The position numbers and the translations under genes are program-made. A stretch of DNA of 64,000 nucleotides, from the NCBI RefSeq assembly GCF_009914755.1, contig NC_060929.1. One strand, written 5' to 3'. Positions 62,523-64,000 of this stretch are shown here, in pieces. The DNA is from the human T2T-CHM13v2.0 reference genome, Homo sapiens. The notes below the pieces were generated by a model, which was not told the DNA's origin, searched no databases, and saw nothing but the letters and a program-made list of their open reading frames with translations. The stretch's first letter is position 1, and every line of letters starts with the position of its first letter.

Positions 62523-64000
62523 AAAACCCAGGAGACCCAGATAAAATCAGTAATGATAAAGGAATCAATACAATTACCACAGTAATAGAAAAGGTCATAA
62601 CAGACTATTATAAACAACTGTACAAGCTGGAAAACCTACAGGAAGTGAATAAATTCCTGGACAAATAAAATCTACCAAGATTGAATCAGGAAGAAATAGA
62701 AAACCTGAACAGACCAGTTGTGAGTAATGAGATCAAATAGTAATAAAAAGTCTCCCAACAAAGAAAAGTTCAGGACCATATGGCTTTACTACTGAATTCT
62801 ACCAAATGTCTAAAGAAAAACTAACACAATTTCTCCTCAAACTATTCCAAAAAAATGAAGAGGAGGGAACGGAACTCTCCTTAACTCATTTTATAAGGCT
62901 AGAATTACCTTGATATCAAAACCAGACAAGATTGCAACAAAAAAAGAAAACTTCGGGCCAATATTCCTGACAAACATAGGTGTAAAATTACTCAATAAAA
63001 TAACAATAAACCAGATTCAACAGCACATCAAAAAGGTAACACATCATTATCAAGTAGGATTTACCTAGAAATGCAAGGATGGTTCAACATATGCAAATCA
63101 ATTAGTGTGATACAGCACATCAACAGAATGAAGAACAAAAACCATATGATCATCTCAGTAGATGCAGTGAAAGCATTTGATAAAATTCAACAACCTCCCT
63201 GATAAAAACACTCTCAACAAAGTAGGCATTGAAAAAATATATCTCAACATAATAAAGGTCATATGTAACAAACTCACAACAAACATCATAATGAATGGAG
63301 AAAAGTTGAAAGCTTTTCCTCTAAAAACTGGAACAACACAAGGATGCCCACTTTCACTACTCCTATTCAGCATGGTACAGAATGTCCTTTTCAGAAAAAT
63401 CAGGCAAGAGAACAAAATAAAAAGCATCCAAATTGGAAAAGAAGTCAAATTGTCCTTTTGCATCTGATATAATCTTATATATAGAAAAACCTAAAGACTC
63501 CACCAATAAACTTGTAGCTCTTATAAATTCAATAAATAACAGTATATAGAATCAACATAGAAAAATCATTAGTGTTTCTAAATTCCAATAATAAATGAGC
63601 TGAGAAAGTGATCAAAAAGGCAAACTCATTTACAACAGCTATAAGAAAAATACCTAGGAATAAATTTAACCAAAGAGGTGAAAAACCTCTACAAGGAAAA
63701 CTATAAAACATTAATGAGAGAAATTGAAGAGGACACAGACAAATGGAAAGACATTCCATGCTCATAGACTGGAATAATTCAATGACCATACTGCTCAAAG
63801 CAACCTACAGATTCAACGCAATCCCTTTTAAAATACCAATGACATTCCTCACAGAAATAGAGAAAAACAAAAAACACTAAATTCAAATGGAAACAAAAAA
63901 GAGCTCAAATAGCCAAAACAATGTGAGCAAAAGGAACACAGCTGGAGAGATCATGCTAACCTGACTTCGAAATACATTACAAAGTTACAGTAACCAAAAC
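58327..64000 (+). mobile_element. Long L1 (L1PB/L1MA-like) with 5'UTR, decayed ORF1 and ORF2; continues beyond the window
   Basis: GC-rich 5'UTR 58327-59900, ORF1 remnants, and RT peptide [25 protein letters not shown] (63177-63467). Contains an Alu at 61287-61582 (TSD gagaaagacattc) and (CA)n at 62478-62520. Confidence 0.9.

Noticed and set aside
58327-64000. Active L1
   Set aside because: ORF1 and ORF2 are broken into short fragments and interrupted by an Alu and (CA)n.

Overview
Primate (human-like) genomic DNA, about 64 kb, lying almost entirely within introns of FAM172A (ARB2A), which is transcribed on the minus strand. Two coding exons are directly visible (49180-49281 and 46785-46885). 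The rest is dense with transposon fossils: about 21 Alus, several L1 fragments, a fragmented class III (ERVL-like) gag-pro-pol remnant at about 12.3-20.1 kb, a two-LTR MaLR provirus with nested insertions, a two-LTR MER41A-type provirus with a 4-bp TSD, and several solo LTRs. I see no CRISPR array, RNA gene or novel intact protein-coding system. The most unusual signals are structural. One L1 carries a 143-bp inverted templated copy of sequence 3.4 kb away, a perfect fold-back hairpin and a 5' inversion. Another L1 has a 73-bp target-site duplication. A candidate poison exon of FAM172A lies next to a perfect Alu-derived 40-bp VNTR that multiplies 3' splice-site-like motifs. Repeat subfamily names come from recalled consensus sequences and were not checked by a search; many boundaries of old repeats are approximate.
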